A DNA stretch of 64,000 bases, from the NCBI GenBank assembly GCA_964016885.1, contig OZ024742.1, forward strand, positions 154,380,001 to 154,444,000, given 5' to 3'. This document shows, piece after piece, positions 1 through 16,890 of this stretch (position 1 is the stretch's first letter; every line of letters begins with the position of its first letter). This DNA comes from Eledone cirrhosa. Lineage: Eukaryota. Under the pieces are notes generated by a model. It saw nothing but the letters and a program-made list of their open reading frames with translations. It had not been told where the DNA came from and did not search any database. A program made the translations under genes and the position numbers.

Positions 1-616
1 GGAATGGTCGTTGAAAATATGCTCGTTAGCGTTGTGTATTTACATGTAGGTATGTGTGTGCACTTGTAATATACGTATTTATTTATTTATATACCTTTAT
101 TTAATTATTTATTTAATTTCTATTACCTCTGTATTGTATTTATTTACTTTATTCTTAACTCTAAAGCGGAGATTCATTCGGTTTCCCAGTTAGAATTTAG
201 TCTACGACTTCAACTATAACATTTACGTGGTTTTGTCTTTGCGTGCCATTGTTCTCCACGCTCCACATATGAGGTATTATCTTCGTTTTTCCGTTCATTG
301 CCAGAGAACGTCTCTATGAACCACCTAAGAGAACATTAGTCTACGACTTCTTTTATACCATAAACGTGGTTCTGTCTTTGCGCGTAATTGTTTTTCACCG
401 CTCCTATTAATGACGTTTTATATTCGTTTTTTCCCGTTCTTTGCCAGGGAACGTTTCCACGAACCAAAGTATCGTCTTCCTGTCTTCCTCCGGTTGGAAC
501 GTTTTTAGAAATATCCACTTCTGCGTTTACAGTTTGACTTTGTTAGTTTCAGAAGATCCCGTTAAGGGTGAAAGCACAGATTCTTTGCTGAAACTTTAAT
601 GTGTTATTTTAATAAA
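1..616 (+). mobile_element. PLE-type terminal repeat/3' UTR remnant ending in an HHR-like motif (family also at 52680-53793 and 63590-64000)
   Basis: Near-identical to about 53040-53660. Ends in an HHR motif, AATAAA (611) and a (TA)n tract. Confidence 0.7.
545..595 (+). ncRNA. type-I hammerhead-like motif, CAGAAGA core variant
   Basis: agttt-CAGAAGA-tcccgttaagggt-GAAA-gca...tgc-TG-aaact. Stem I agttt/aaact. The H17 position is G, so this copy is probably inactive. Confidence 0.6.
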
Positions 617-772
<156 letters not shown>

Positions 773-919
773 TATATAAGAATATATAAGCAAAGGGATA
801 TTTAATTTGTTGGTAATTCAAAAAATATATTTATAACGGATTCGAAGCGCTCGACAGATTTTCTGGAGTATAATATCAATGATATTAATAAATGAAAACT
901 ATATTTATAAAACCATATT

Positions 920-980
920 TATTCTATTATATATATTTCAAGGGTACCAGAACTTTGGTAAGGCCTCATCGGATAAAACA
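920..980 (-). ncRNA. hammerhead ribozyme, family A pLTR, decayed core CCGATGA
   Basis: Reverse complement reads tgttttat-CCGATGA-ggccttaccaaagttctggtaccctt-GAAA-tatata-TA-atagaata. Lies in a TA-flanked unit at 770-1045. Confidence 0.7.
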
Positions 981-1041
981 CAAAATTTGTTTCACAGATA
1001 GTGATATATTCAGAACTAGAACTTGATGTTGTGAGATATGT

Positions 1042-1108
<67 letters not shown>

Positions 1109-1218
1109 TAAAAGGAAAAGAAAATGGTAACAAATTTTTCCTAGTGAAAAATAGTTTAGTTAGGATATAAGCATAAATTAGTAATAAGTATTGGTTAGTA
1201 TTCGGTTTTAGATTTAAG

Positions 1219-1255
1219 TTCTGACCGGTTGCGCATTTCTTATGCTTTTCAAAAA
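1219..1255 (-). ncRNA. variant hammerhead-like motif (TTGAAAA core, GCAA, CCGG loop)
   Basis: Reverse complement reads ttt-TTGAAAA-gcataagaaatgc-GCAA-ccgg-TC-aga. Same family as 60207 and 60333. Confidence 0.5.
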
Positions 1256-1473
1256 TAATTTTGAGATAGAGCGCTCGTGATGTTTGAGAAATATCCACGG
1301 TCAGCTGGTGATATGCATGTAACTAAATATTCACCTTATCTGAAATTTTTGTAACTAATCTTACATAGATCGATAACGAAGTATAGTTACGATATATTAT
1401 CATCACCTAGAAACGATCGTAAAGCAGTGATGTATACTGCTAATGACTTGATTTTTTTATTTCATTGTTTTAA

Positions 1474-1536
<63 letters not shown>

Positions 1537-1538
<2 letters not shown>

Positions 1539-1726
1539 CGAAGGAAATGTGGTAAGGAACCAGGTGGACCATAACGCACCAAAGTACTCAATACATATGG
1601 TAGTAGAATGGGTAATAGGAACGAGTAGGACCCCAACGGCTGAGCTCAAGCCGTTTTGACGGCTAATTCTGGACTAGAATTAGCCGTAGAAACGGCATGA
1701 GCTCAGCCGTCGGGGTCCTACTCGTT

Positions 1727-1731
<5 letters not shown>
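1537..1731. mobile_element. TA-flanked fold-back pLTR unit carrying two HHR 3' halves
   Basis: Imperfect palindrome 1615-1731 centred near 1673, containing GAAA-CGGC(A/T)TGAGCTCAGCCG-TC. Homologous to 3841-4022 and 31170-31302. Confidence 0.75.
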
Positions 1732-1804
<73 letters not shown>

Positions 1805-2422
1805 GATATATATATAATCTTTTAATTATTGCAAAAACACCGGCCGCTATATATTTGTATGTGGGGGGGGGGGGCATATGTGTGTGATTTCCGGGGTCAA
1901 TCGATGATAACCACGTAAAGTTTGCTACTCAACACACTAGTAGAGTTTAACCATCAACCTTAATATAGAAAATGGCTTCTACAGGACAAATTATATAGTG
2001 AAAATATTAATACAGATATGAAATATATTTAATATTTTATTATATATCTGAATATTAACAATATACAACCAGGAGTAATTAGTTTATACGAAATAAATTA
2101 TAATTCTTCCCACATAAAGTTACGGTTGCCAACTAGTCATAACTATCTAATTAGCTGTTGAACTTACCTGCTACACTCTTAATTTGCCGATTGTGTTGGT
2201 GATGGATGTCTATATGCTAATTCGACATATATGATCCCTGCATTGTTTTTTGTCCGTTATGTTCTTTCCAAAATTATGGAATTAAATAGTTGTCGCTTAT
2301 GATATTGAAAAATACAACCTAGGACATGTGATGAAACTGTAGTGTGTTTATGAATTAGATGTATACACACATACATACATACATACATACACACATACAT
2401 ACAAACATACATACATATATAC

Positions 2423-3840
<1,418 letters not shown>

Positions 3841-3841
<1 letters not shown>

Positions 3842-4017
3842 ACGAAGGAAATGTGGTAAGGAACCAGGTGGACCATAACGCACCAAAGTACTCAATACTT
3901 GAGGTAGTAGAGTGGGTAATAGGAACCAGTAAGACCCCGACAGCTGAGCTCAAGCCGTTTCGACGGCTAATTAGCCGTCGAAACGGCTTGAGCTCAGCTG
4001 TCGGGGTCTTACTGGTT

Positions 4018-4022
<5 letters not shown>
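3841..4022. mobile_element. TA-flanked fold-back pLTR unit with a perfect 104-bp palindrome (3919-4022)
   Basis: Arms are exact reverse complements centred on taatta. Each arm carries an HHR 3' half (GAAA-stem III-GTC). Confidence 0.8.
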
Positions 4023-4097
<75 letters not shown>

Positions 4098-4231
4098 AGC
4101 AAAGGGATATTTTTTATTTGTTGGTAATTCAACAAATATATTTATAACAGATTCGAAGCGCTCGACAAGCTTTTCTGGAGTATAATATCAATGATATTAA
4201 TAAATGAAAACTATATTTATAAAACCATATT

Positions 4232-4292
4232 TATTCTATTATATATATTTCAAGGTTACCATCACTTTGGTACGCTCTCATCAGATGAAATC
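4232..4292 (-). ncRNA. hammerhead ribozyme, family A
   Basis: Reverse complement reads CTGATGA-gagcgtaccaaagtgatggtaacctt-GAAA-tatata-TA-atagaat. Confidence 0.75.
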
Positions 4293-4447
4293 CAAAGTTT
4301 GTTTTATAAATAGTGACATACCTAGGAATCAGACCTTAACGGTTGAAGTTCCGTTTGGATAGTGAAAGATAATAGGGAAAAGGAGAAGAAAGGAAAAACA
4401 AATATTTCTAGAAATATAAAAAATATGGTAGAAATATAAAAAATACT

Positions 4448-5385
4448 ATTGTTAATAGTGTCCAGCAAAGAATTCCACGTATCTCTGCTAATAAAAATAG
4501 TTTTGTTAATAAGGCAGAATATTACAATGAGGCTTTATATAAAGCTGAATACTCGAATAACATTAAATACTTAGATAACAATAACATGCTTAATCATCCT
4601 CAAATTCAATACAATATTAATAAGCAATTCTACTTAAATAGTAAACCAAACAAAAAAAATAGAATTAGAAATATTATTTGGTATTCTCCCCCATCTCATG
4701 AGGTGTTAAAACACCTGTAGCAAAAACTATTTTTCAAAGAACTGGATAAGTGTTTTCCCAAATCCCACATATACCACTCTATTTTTAACAGACACACTAT
4801 TAAACTATCTTACTCTACGACTATGAACATACCACAACATATAAATATAATTAATAATAGAAACTTAAATTTAAACCCTAATCAAACAAACCAAGATAAC
4901 AATAATAATATTTCTAATAACAATATTCATATTATTAATAATAGTACTGTTTCTAATAACAACAACTCCCGAAAATGTAACTATAGAATTGAATCAAACT
5001 GCCCTTTACAAAACAATTGCTTCGATAAAAACTTTATATATAAATGCACAGTAAAAACTAGAGACAAAATATTCAACTATATAGCTGACACTTCTAAAAA
5101 ATTCAAACAATTATAATCACAAATATACATTTAATAGGTCAGATAAAAAATCTTCCACATCACTTTCACATCTAATTTGGTATTTAAAGGACAATAATAT
5201 AGACTATTCAATATCTTGGGGAACGATTTCGAAAGCACCCACATACCTAAATATAGCTCTCTCAAGAATCTGTCATTTCGGTATCGAGGAATTTTTTTAT
5301 AGCCGTCAAAATTGTATTAATTAAAAAAATGATGTATTCAGTTCTTGCAGACATCGCCAAAGAACCACTTTCCGAAATATTTTAA
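4448..5385 (+). pseudogene. PLE RT C-terminus plus Cys-rich linker and GIY-YIG endonuclease, disrupted
   Basis: RISANKNSF..AEYYNEAL; RNIIWYSPP; CNYRIESNCPLQNNCFDKNFIYKCTV...YIADTSKKFK. Stops and frameshifts. Confidence 0.85.
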
Positions 5386-6189
5386 ATCTAAAATATTCAT
5401 TACACTTGACTACATCTTATATGTCTTTACAATGCTTCTGTTGTTTTCTTAAATGATCTTTTTCTTCTTAAATTAATATTTTTACCAATGATTTTCTTTT
5501 CCAAATGATACTCTTCTTAAGGTATTTTTTAGATTGATACATTTTAATTCATGTTTTGAATGATATCCTCTTTGCGATAGTTTTTCTAAATGCACTCTTG
5601 ACTTCCCCAATATTATATTTTTTCTTCTGTTAATTTTCAAACTTTTCACACATCTATCGACGTAGATAGTATCTAAATACATATATAATTGAAATTCTCA
5701 TCCTTGAAAACATGCAATATAAAATATCTTATAATCTCACACAAAATATATAAAATTATTCATCAAATCTAACATCAAATCTAACATTAATAGTTTAACA
5801 AATAATATTTGAGTCATCTTTTCCTTTGCAATTGAGGAAACGTTGACATAGTAACTTGTATGTTACTTTCTATGTAATTTCGCTAACTTAATAATTTTCT
5901 GTATATATTTTCAATTTTTCATGAAACTATTTGAATGTACAAAACGTTCTTCTCTTACAATTTGAACTACGTCTTTTTTCTTAACTATATATTTAAAATG
6001 TAAACTCAACATCCTTCGTAAAACACATTAATACGTGTGTTATATATCTATAAAAAAACAACAGCATATTATCACCAATTATATTTATATTTATATAACT
6101 ATTATTCTATATAGATATTTATATACTTACAACCTGTTGTAATATAAGATAAAATGTACTTACAGCCTTAATTCTTTATATAATCTAAT

Positions 6190-6307
6190 TATAATTGTTT
6201 CTACTTTAGACACAATATCAGCAATTACCCAGTACATTACTGGTACTTTATGTTATCGACCCCGTAAGGATGAAAGGCAAAGTTAACCTCGGCGGGATTT
6301 GAACTCT
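6190..6307 (-). mobile_element. 5'-truncated tRNA-derived SINE with 12-bp TSD
   Basis: B-box-like gagttcaaatccc plus gcctttcatccttacggggtcgata core. TSD tctaattataat at 6184 and 6305. Confidence 0.9.
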
Positions 6308-6700
6308 AATTATAATGATTATATGTATGATATTATAACTGATGATTTAGTTAAATATTTTTAAATTCTGGATTGATATTCCACCACTTCAACAAACTTT
6401 TAATTTTTAACGTTTCAATTTTTTTTAATTCACGTACGCAGTAATACTATTAATAGAAGCTTCTCTTTCTTCTTCCCACATATATTGATCCTAATAATTA
6501 TTTAAATCTACCTAGCGTCTAAAAATAAGGATTGATTCAGTCCTACGCTTCAACTTCATTTGCATATTCATGAAAATAATTTAAAATATTTGTTTATTTC
6601 CTTTCTTTCCCTTTTCCCTCTTTCCTTTCACTATCCAAACGGAACTTCAACCGTTAAGGTCTGATTCCTGGGTATGTCGATATGTATAAAACAAACTTTG

Positions 6701-6761
6701 TATTTTATCTGATGAGTGCGTACCAAAGTTTTGGTACCCTTGAAATATATATAATAGAATA
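6701..6761 (+). ncRNA. minimal type-I hammerhead ribozyme with intact core, family A
   Basis: tattttat-CTGATGA-gtgcgtaccaaagttttggtaccctt-GAAA-tatata-TA-atagaata. 8-bp stem I with one G-U. Palindromic stem III. Confidence 0.85.
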
Positions 6762-7862
6762 TATATGGTTTTATAAATATAGTTTCCATTTATTGATATC
6801 ATTGATATATATATATATATATATATATATATGGGGGGGGTGAGTGTATGTGTAGAGAAAATAAGAAGATGCAAAGAGTTTCTGGTTTTTTTACGCATTT
6901 AAAATATATTTCACAGAAAATAAATCATTAACTCACAAAATTTAAATATAGATTATAACATGTAAATTATATCATGGTCACTACACTTGTCATACATGTC
7001 TAATATTCGAAAAAAAGCTGCTAGTACACTTTCGTTGATCATACAGATGTGTCATCCCAACAAAGGATGAAAGTACGCCTCACATTGGTCATACAGCTCT
7101 GATACTCACTGAAGGTCGCGTACATAACATCAACTAATTACACACGTCTGACATCCCTACAACGTTTGACAACCCACCATAAACAATGTATTCAGAATGA
7201 CACACAAACAAAGGATCACAATACAATCTCACTGGTGAAACGAGTCTGACACCGGAACAGAGGATAACAGTAAAAACTCGACACATTGTGGAACAGTACC
7301 CTAGAAATATTCATCTTAGTTAACATATACAGGATTGTGTAGAACGTAACATGTCACATTTCTATATGCTCCCATTCTATTGTTGCATATTTTCTCCATT
7401 GGAACAAGAACGTGACACAAACATGCATTTAAAAACAAACTCACCGCAATATACATATTCATAGTCAAACTACACCTATGTCCCTTGTCATATATTGAAT
7501 CTTTATTCGACATGAGCGGAAAAATATTTAACTGATGTGCGTCCGCTGGTTTGGAAAGGCAAATATAAACGGTAAACAATTCACAATAGTATAAAGCAAC
7601 ATGTGAGAAATGGAATTTACAAAGTTACTCAGAGTGAGTATGGTTTTATAAATACCTAATTAGATAATCATAAACATTTCTGAAAGATCCAGCTATATTA
7701 TGAAATAAACTGTAATTTATGTTGTATGCACTAATTACATTTTGATGTGCATATAAAGAAATATTAGTTGCATCTCCAACTCTTCAAACATTTAGTTTTA
7801 TTTTCACTGTATAACGACAGAATTAATTATTTTTTGACATTTTTACTTTTAAATATATACAT

Positions 7863-7945
<83 letters not shown>

Positions 7946-7972
7946 ACACACATGTATGTATATATATATATA

Positions 7973-8037
<65 letters not shown>

Positions 8038-8156
8038 TTGAAAACGATTGTTGCACACAAACTTAGTGCCGCGGTAGAGGTTTTACCCATCTCACTCTTT
8101 CTTACACACTGACACACTCAAACACACACTCAAACACACACCCATACCCACACACA

Positions 8157-8260
<104 letters not shown>

Positions 8261-8423
8261 ATATATAACATTTCAAGTTATCAATAATGTAGTGATAATA
8301 TATCGTCACGTTAGAGATGAACAGCGTACGTGTAGGTTTGCTCAACGAGTATAAATTATATTCCGGAGAAAATGTAGAAAAGATGAATATAAAATGAAAG
8401 TGCCTTTATAAAGGAATTTATTA

Positions 8424-8545
8424 GGTATTGACATATGTTTCTGTAACAGACGGAATACCTATGTATCGCTGCTTGCGTAATAATATAATGTTAGTAAGTA
8501 TTCGATAGCAAATGTATAATCAGTTGAGACTTCTTCAGAGATATT
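8424..8545 (-). ncRNA. hammerhead-like motif with long stem II (CATATG stem III)
   Basis: Reverse complement reads CTGAAGA-about 90 nt-GAAA-catatg-TC. Stem I is imperfect. The sister copy at about 9265-9542 is interrupted by a SINE. Confidence 0.55.
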
Positions 8546-9330
8546 GGATAAATTGGAAAAAATCAGGAAAATTAAAGTATTTATATTAGTTGTAAGAAAG
8601 GAAGAAGAGAAGTGATAGTATATGACAGATGGCAATTCAATTTGCTGGTAAACAAGTATATAAAAATGTTTTAATGAAATCTAAAAATATGTTATTAAAT
8701 AACAGAATAGAGCGATCGTTGTACTGTAACCATCGCTTGAAATCTACATGTTCATATTACAAACTCTACCAGGATTGAACGCCTGTCTCCATCTCCGTTT
8801 GATTGTCAAAATATATATTAACATTCTCTATTAGTCTTAATTCTATCAACTCTTCTATTCTTTACCATTTAATATGCTATAGATGAAATGAGATTTCTTA
8901 ATTCAATTCCCTAATGCATATACCAGCAGGCTACCAGCATTATTGTTATACAGTAGCAGTGAAAATCTCTCTCTTCCTTACTTGACACTTTATACTGTAT
9001 TAATACTACTATACCAAACGACCAGCCCTGTCCATTGTTCAATTGGTCAAATATAGATTAATATAGGCTCTCCCAAAAATACTTATTTAGATAAAATAAG
9101 CCATATACTCATTGTATTCTCATTAAAAACCTTCTATATACTTGTTTACCAATACTTGTTTACCAGCAAATTGAATTGCCATCTGTCATATACTATCCTT
9201 CTCATCTTCCTTTCTTACAACTAATATGAATACTTTAATTTTTATGATTTTTTCCAATTTATCCAATATCTCTGAAGAAGTGACAACTGATTATACATTT
9301 GCTATCGAATATTTGCTAACATTATATGAT

Positions 9331-9460
9331 TCCCTTTACGATCTGAGTTCAAATCCCGCTGAGGTTAACTTTGCCTTTCATCCTTACGGGGTCGATAAAA
9401 TAAAGTACCAGTAATGTACTGGAATAATTGCTGGCCTTGTGCCAAAAGTAGAAACAATTA
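9331..9460 (+). mobile_element. truncated tRNA-SINE inserted in an HHR stem II
   Basis: SINE core present. TSD attatatgatt on both sides. Absent from the inverted sister arm. Confidence 0.9.
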
Positions 9461-9654
9461 TATGATTACGCAAATAGCGATACATAGGTTTTCCGTATGT
9501 TACAGAAACATATGTCAATACCTAATAAATTGCTTTATAAAAAGCACTTTCATTTTATATTCATCTTTTATATATATATATATATATATATTAATATTTT
9601 TAACAATGATATTTATTATATATAATAAATGTAATCAGATTTTTTCGAATATTA

Positions 9655-9843
9655 ATAATTGTTTCTACTGTTGGCACAAGGCCAGCAAATACTCATTACA
9701 TTACTGGTACTTTATTTTATCGACCCCGTAAGGATGAAAGGCAAATTTAACCTCGGCGGGATTTGAACTCAGAATGGCAAGGGCCGTAACTCTATGCGTC
9801 AAAGCATGGCGTCCGACCCTCTACCAATACTGCCAATCCACCA
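9655..9843 (-). mobile_element. full-length tRNA-derived SINE (about 190 bp)
   Basis: Reverse complement starts ggtggattggcagtattggtag (A-box-like), then B-box, core and tagaaacaattatt tail. Confidence 0.9.
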
Positions 9844-11031
9844 ATAACATTCGATTGGTTTTCAATTGTGCAAACAAGCCTCAATGTTATAGCCATGTCA
9901 CTAGTATGAACCCTTCATTCTTGCGCTTGTGTTGGTATGCGAACATAACTGTTATATATATATATATATTCCGTTTAATTAAGCATAACATGCTTAACCT
10001 TTTAGCATTTAAACCGGCCGTATCTTGCCAGATTTCCCTCACATCTTTCTGTGCAAACCGGTTGTAACTTGCTGCTCATACTGACGTTAATATATTGTTC
10101 ACAAAATAAATAACATCAAAATCTCGTAGATCCGATATTATGTGAGATAATTATGCAAGATAAAACCACTGAGAAAATACAATAGTATATATAGATTACA
10201 GTCACTGCTAAAGGGTTAAATACATAACATTGAAAACCCGTTAGTGAATAATGGTTCCAATAAATGTGTAGACACCACGTATGTCTATAATTTTCTCTAA
10301 CATGACCTGGATAATTATCCGTTGCTTGTTCCACATTTAATTATGACCGGTATATGAGTGTGAATAAGATGTCATTGGGCTACATATATATGCATTCTTT
10401 ACACGCATATTTAATTAAATCGTCTGGCAAAATGTTGATTGCCGGAAATAAGAAATGCTTTTTTGTACAAGTTCGTAACACTTTCATAATCCAATTAAAA
10501 ATATTCAAGACTAATCAAGTAAATAGAGTCTTTCGTAAAATTCTTCTCTCCCTTCAATAGTTTTTCAAAAAATCAATTTGCATTTAGAGCGGAAAATATA
10601 AAATATTTTAAATAACATAACCAATGAAACAAATCATACGACAAATCATCAATTTTAGAGAAATTCTATTTATAACCAATGTTTTTTTTCTAATCATTTT
10701 TCTTTCTTTGAAAATGCGGCATCACCAGTGTGCATTAATTATAATATGTTTCTTCATCAATAAAAAAATAAATATTCTCTCTATTTTGAAAGCCGTATAA
10801 AAGTCCAATTTTTGCAAATATAAAAAAGGAAAACTTAAGGTTCTAAGGAGTTTTATATTGTTATAATGTTATATTTTTAGGATCCGGATTTTTTTGTCGC
10901 AGGCATAGTATCTCTGAAAAATAGTGTCGTTCCACCAATATTTAAAAGCATAAAGCAGGTTTTTTTTTTCCGAGCATGACAAAAAAGAAAAATGACGTTT
11001 CAACTCTTACAGACTAAGATTATTTGCGTCA

Positions 11032-11216
11032 ATTTAATTAATCAGAATGTGAGGAAATTAATAGACAACAGAGACTGACTTCGTAGGGTTTACTTTTATA
11101 CGCGGAGCTATATAAACAAATATAGCTCCGCGTATAAAAGTAAACCCTACGAAGTCAGTCTCTGTTGTCTATTAATTTCCTCACATTCTGATTAATTAAA
11201 TATATAAACAAATATA
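11032..11216. repeat. perfect 82-bp-arm inverted duplication with a duplicated junction
   Basis: Arms 11032-11113 and 11120-11201. tatataaacaaatata occurs at both 11109 and 11201. Confidence 0.9.
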
Positions 11217-14200
11217 TTAAGCATTTGGGCAGATTTAATACAAAATGTACATTACAACAAGAGCCGCAGTCAACGAAGAGTTAATAACGAAGAGTTAATA
11301 AATCTCATTGCAGGAACGTATTAATTTTGATTACGCATCTATATATATACGATTTTTCGATGATATATATATAAACTTAAACATTAATCGCCCTAGTATA
11401 ACTAGGTAAAATCTAGCTCTGAAAGTGTTATAATAGATCAATATGAAACTGATTCAAGAGAAGTGAAATGCATCAATAATTATAAAAAGAAAGCCATATG
11501 TTTCAGAAAGGTGCTTTTTTCACTCTGTTTTCTTACAACGATTAAATTTCAAACCCTTAATCTTTATACAGAGTTGGAAACTATCCTAAGACGTAAGCTC
11601 GATAAGAGCTGTTCTTGGACCATAAAGCTTTCATCGGCCAATAAGGAATTTTCAGTAAATAATATTTGTATGCCTCAGGAATATTGATGTACTATTCAAT
11701 ATTTTACAGAGTTTTACTAACTTAGTTACCATTGTATTTGTTTTGCGTCGAACCACCAGTTAAAGAATAATATTCCGATATGGCGGTTTAACAATATTTT
11801 ACATGCGACTTGTTGAAATAACTTAGCACGCCGGTGTTATGTTCCACAAAACGATAAATATTCGGCCAGTAGAACACCTGAAAACATTTCGATTTGTTAT
11901 GTTTAGTACAAACATAGTCGGCATCTATTATTTCGCCATGAACTCATTATCATTCTCGTTATTTCTCGACGAAAATAGACTATATGAGAATAATTATTTC
12001 AGTTCATATTTTCACTTTTTATTGCAGAATAGTAAAAAAAATACATTTTATTCAATTATCTTATTTTATATCTGCTTTTAAAATCCTCTGAGTAGTTTTA
12101 TCTGTCAATTTCAGTCTAACATCTGCCTTTTATAGTAATTATATTAACAAATCTGGACGTTCAATCTAAACGATTTACGAGCTAGTCAACTAGTTGTTTA
12201 ATTGTGAATGTAACAGCATGAATTCATTATCGTACAATTGCATATCTCCTACTTTTTCTAATCCCTGGACATTTAACATAAGGAAAAAGTGTATTCACAT
12301 TCACATGATATATTATCTGTGTTGCTTCTCATTATAATACAATGTTTAATTTTGACTTAGTACAAATCATGAGATTTTTTTATGTGAGGAAATGAATGTT
12401 GTGAAATTCATAATTTGTATGCGTACTAGTGACATTGTAGGAAATGGTGGCGGTCAGAAGCTTTCTTCTATATAATTTTGTGCTTCTGGAAATTCATTTT
12501 AAATGTAAATAAATAATTTCGCATTTGTTGTTTGATAAATAGATTTTTTACACGGGAAATGTATTCGTATGATTTATCATATGTCACTAATTTTAAATTT
12601 AAATTAGCAAAGTGAAGACAGAATTTCCTGATGGATTTTGGCGTTTCTATGTACGAGGCATATCCGCTTACTGAAAATAAATGACATTTTCAGTTCCTTG
12701 AAACTCAAATGTTTAGAATATCACAAACGATAAATAACAAGATAGAAATATTATTGCGAGTACAAGCAATCAATTTTCGATTCTCGTTTAACTGTTATTG
12801 ATCCAGTTGCAAAGTTGAACACTTGAATTTTGCTCCCAATGACATTAGACGACGATGGTTATTTCATTTTTCATGCGATACCTACTATATTATTCAAAAA
12901 CAAGATAAAACAGAATTCCAAGTATATCCATACACAAATACTTATATTTCATTCTACACATGGATATCATATCCAGTAGAATTTTACTTTTAAATGAGTT
13001 TGTGCTCTTCATTGTATTCTTATAAAAAAAACTCTTTTTTTCTCAATGAAATTCAAAACGAAATTTGGAAGCCTAATCTCTGTGCTTTCTTTATATTATT
13101 GACATACAAGAGAGAAGATATCTTGAAACTGGGAATAAAACCCATCTTGATTTGTGATTCCTGTGAGTTTAATTCGTTCAGTGAAGGATTCCCGCTTTTG
13201 AAGAAACCAACAAAATATTAACGCAAAGTAAATATAAAAATAAAAATAAAACTAACATTCTCCAATAAATAATACATATACATTTCTTCTACATGATTAA
13301 TAAGCATGTCATTCACAACTTTCATTTCATCTCTTACTATAAAAACCTGAAATCTAAAGTGTTAGAAAAGAAGCATGAGATGTTATTTAAAATCATATGT
13401 TTTCTACTCAGTATGGGTACACACGATGCAAAGGTTCAGTTTGAATTTACAGTCTTTGTTTAGTATATATAAGATTCACTGGGTATATTTTGTGAATATA
13501 CATACTTACAGAATTTGGGAAATAATAAATCGTTTCAGCTATAATATAATTCATTTGAATGTTTTTCAAGGAAAGCATATGCAATTAATGAATGAAATCG
13601 ACCGAAGTAAATTAAATACTACTGACGAAAACATACGATCTTGTGTCATAAGTGGGATGAAAAGCGTCAGTCCAGAATAATAGAAATATGATATTCATCA
13701 ATTCGATCCTCAAGCCATTAACCTACACAGCAATGTTATGAATTGTAATCCAGCTAAATCGCTAGCTATTTGTAAAATTTAGATGCCGGAAGCAATTTCA
13801 TTAGAGCTGAATTGACTCACTTTATACCTCACGGAAAATTACTACGGAAGATGCAGTTTCTAATCGTGGCGGAACTACTATCATTAAGCTTTGTAAAGAA
13901 GTGACAATATTATGATGGTGAATGTTTATGTACATAGAAGAGTGTGCCGTAGGAGAACCTGTAATCATTGTGTTCAACAAAAGTGACATGTATTTTTAAA
14001 CAATGCTATTTGTATTATCAATACACATTAAAAACACAACGATTTGCATTTCAATTCTGAAAACAACATAGACAATTAAAAAATAATATTTTGGAACAAT
14101 ATCAAAGAGCCAAACATAGTACCTACAATGTTGTTCTCCAAATCCCAATCCCTTACCAATGGGTGAAATTCATGAGATAGCCAGAATAACAGAATCGCCT

Positions 14201-14389
14201 CAATAATATTAACCTGTAAAATATGCATGGCTACATATTAAATAAATCTGGATCATATAATCGTTTTATAATTCATCGTCCCAGGTCTACTAATCGTAAA
14301 ATATATTTGCCTGTTTCATGGATATGCTGTAAAGTAGATATGTAAAAGCAAATCAAATACTTCAGGAAAGGCTTATCTTGATATGATAA

Positions 14390-15180
<791 letters not shown>

Positions 15181-15569
15181 TATAACAAAATATATAAGAA
15201 TATATATATATCAAATTAATATTGAGAAAATGTTCACAATATTCATATTTGTGAGTTGGCATAAGCACGAAAAATAACAATAATATAATTTCATAGGACA
15301 GCAACTAACGTCGATTTCGAGGTAAATCGGACACACAGCTCTCCCTTACACAAGAAAAAGTTCCGTGGAAGTCTTACACAATCAGATCAGTATGTTGCTA
15401 CATGTCCAGAGAAGATATAATTTGCCAATATTATATTAATGTGCTATATAATTGTTAGATATGAATCTCACACAAACGGAGACTTCAAAATATTTCGTTA
15501 AAATGGATGAAGGGATAATTGGATATAATCAATAGGAAAAGTACAAGATGATTATATTATATGTTTATC

Positions 15570-15680
15570 AAATCCCGCCGAGGTTGACTTTGCCTTTCAT
15601 CCTTATGGGGTCGATGAAATAAAGTACCAGTAATCCACTGGGTAATTGCTGGCCTTGTGCCTAAATGTAGAAACAATTAT
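15570..15680 (+). mobile_element. truncated tRNA-SINE with 16-bp TSD
   Basis: SINE core and tail. TSD attatatgtttatcaa. Confidence 0.9.
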
Positions 15681-16070
15681 ATGTTTATCAACTTAAATAC
15701 AGAATAGTCAATAAAAATATATTTGGATTTAATTTGATTAAATATTGTACTAATATGATCTAGAGTCAGCAGTGTTCCCACTGATAAATAAATAGACATT
15801 TTATCGCAGCAATTATTGAAGACAAATAAACCTTCAAAGTTATAAGATAATTCAGTATAATTGAGGTTGCCGCTTTAGGAGAAAGTCTACCAAGTGTCCG
15901 GATATTAAACAGAGAGAATGAGAGATAGAAGGTAAATATACATAAATGAGAATTAATTATACTTAAGCATACACAATATTAGAGCGGGTAGCTTTAACAG
16001 AGTCTGAAGGTTTTTATAGAAAATCCTTCAATATAATTTCGTGGCAAAGCAAATAAAGAGAGATAGAAGG

Positions 16071-16120
<50 letters not shown>

Positions 16121-16121
16121 A

Positions 16122-16213
<92 letters not shown>

Positions 16214-16227
16214 GATACATATATATA

Positions 16228-16622
<395 letters not shown>

Positions 16623-16890
16623 CATAAAATATGTCTATAGAATCACAAGATAAAATATATACTATTTCCTCTCCCAATTAGCATAATTAACTATATAAAA
16701 AATCGAATAGACCAGGCTATAAGAATGAGGCTTCTATGAAGAAATCTCCGACAAATAACCGAAACTAGCGCTTCGCGTCGGCCGTAGCGGAATATTTATC
16801 GAATATTTCGACAGCGTAATCGCCCAGATACAGTCAACTAAACAGAATTAGGTGTAAAATAAACTAGGAGAAAATAGAATACATTTAAAT

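Larger units (their letters stand above)
4096..6808 (+). mobile_element. 5'-truncated Penelope-like element A with inverted 5' pLTR and sense 3' pLTR
   Basis: About 4185-4400 is the reverse complement of about 6590-6808. Contains a coding remnant and HHRs in both repeats. (TA)n on both sides. Confidence 0.85.
8267..9570 (+). mobile_element. PLE remnant bounded by inverted pLTRs (about 8380-8670 vs 9130-9570)
   Basis: Inverted repeat. Each arm has CTGAAGA...GAAA-CATATG-TC. TA tracts on both sides. Confidence 0.7.

Noticed and set aside
9655-9843. tRNA gene suggested by A/B boxes
   Set aside because: It is the head of a multicopy SINE with a conserved core, tail and TSDs, not a cloverleaf tRNA.
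12994-14220. Short ORFs in unique AT-rich DNA
   Set aside because: No recognisable motifs or consistent splice structure. Small exons cannot be excluded without RNA data.
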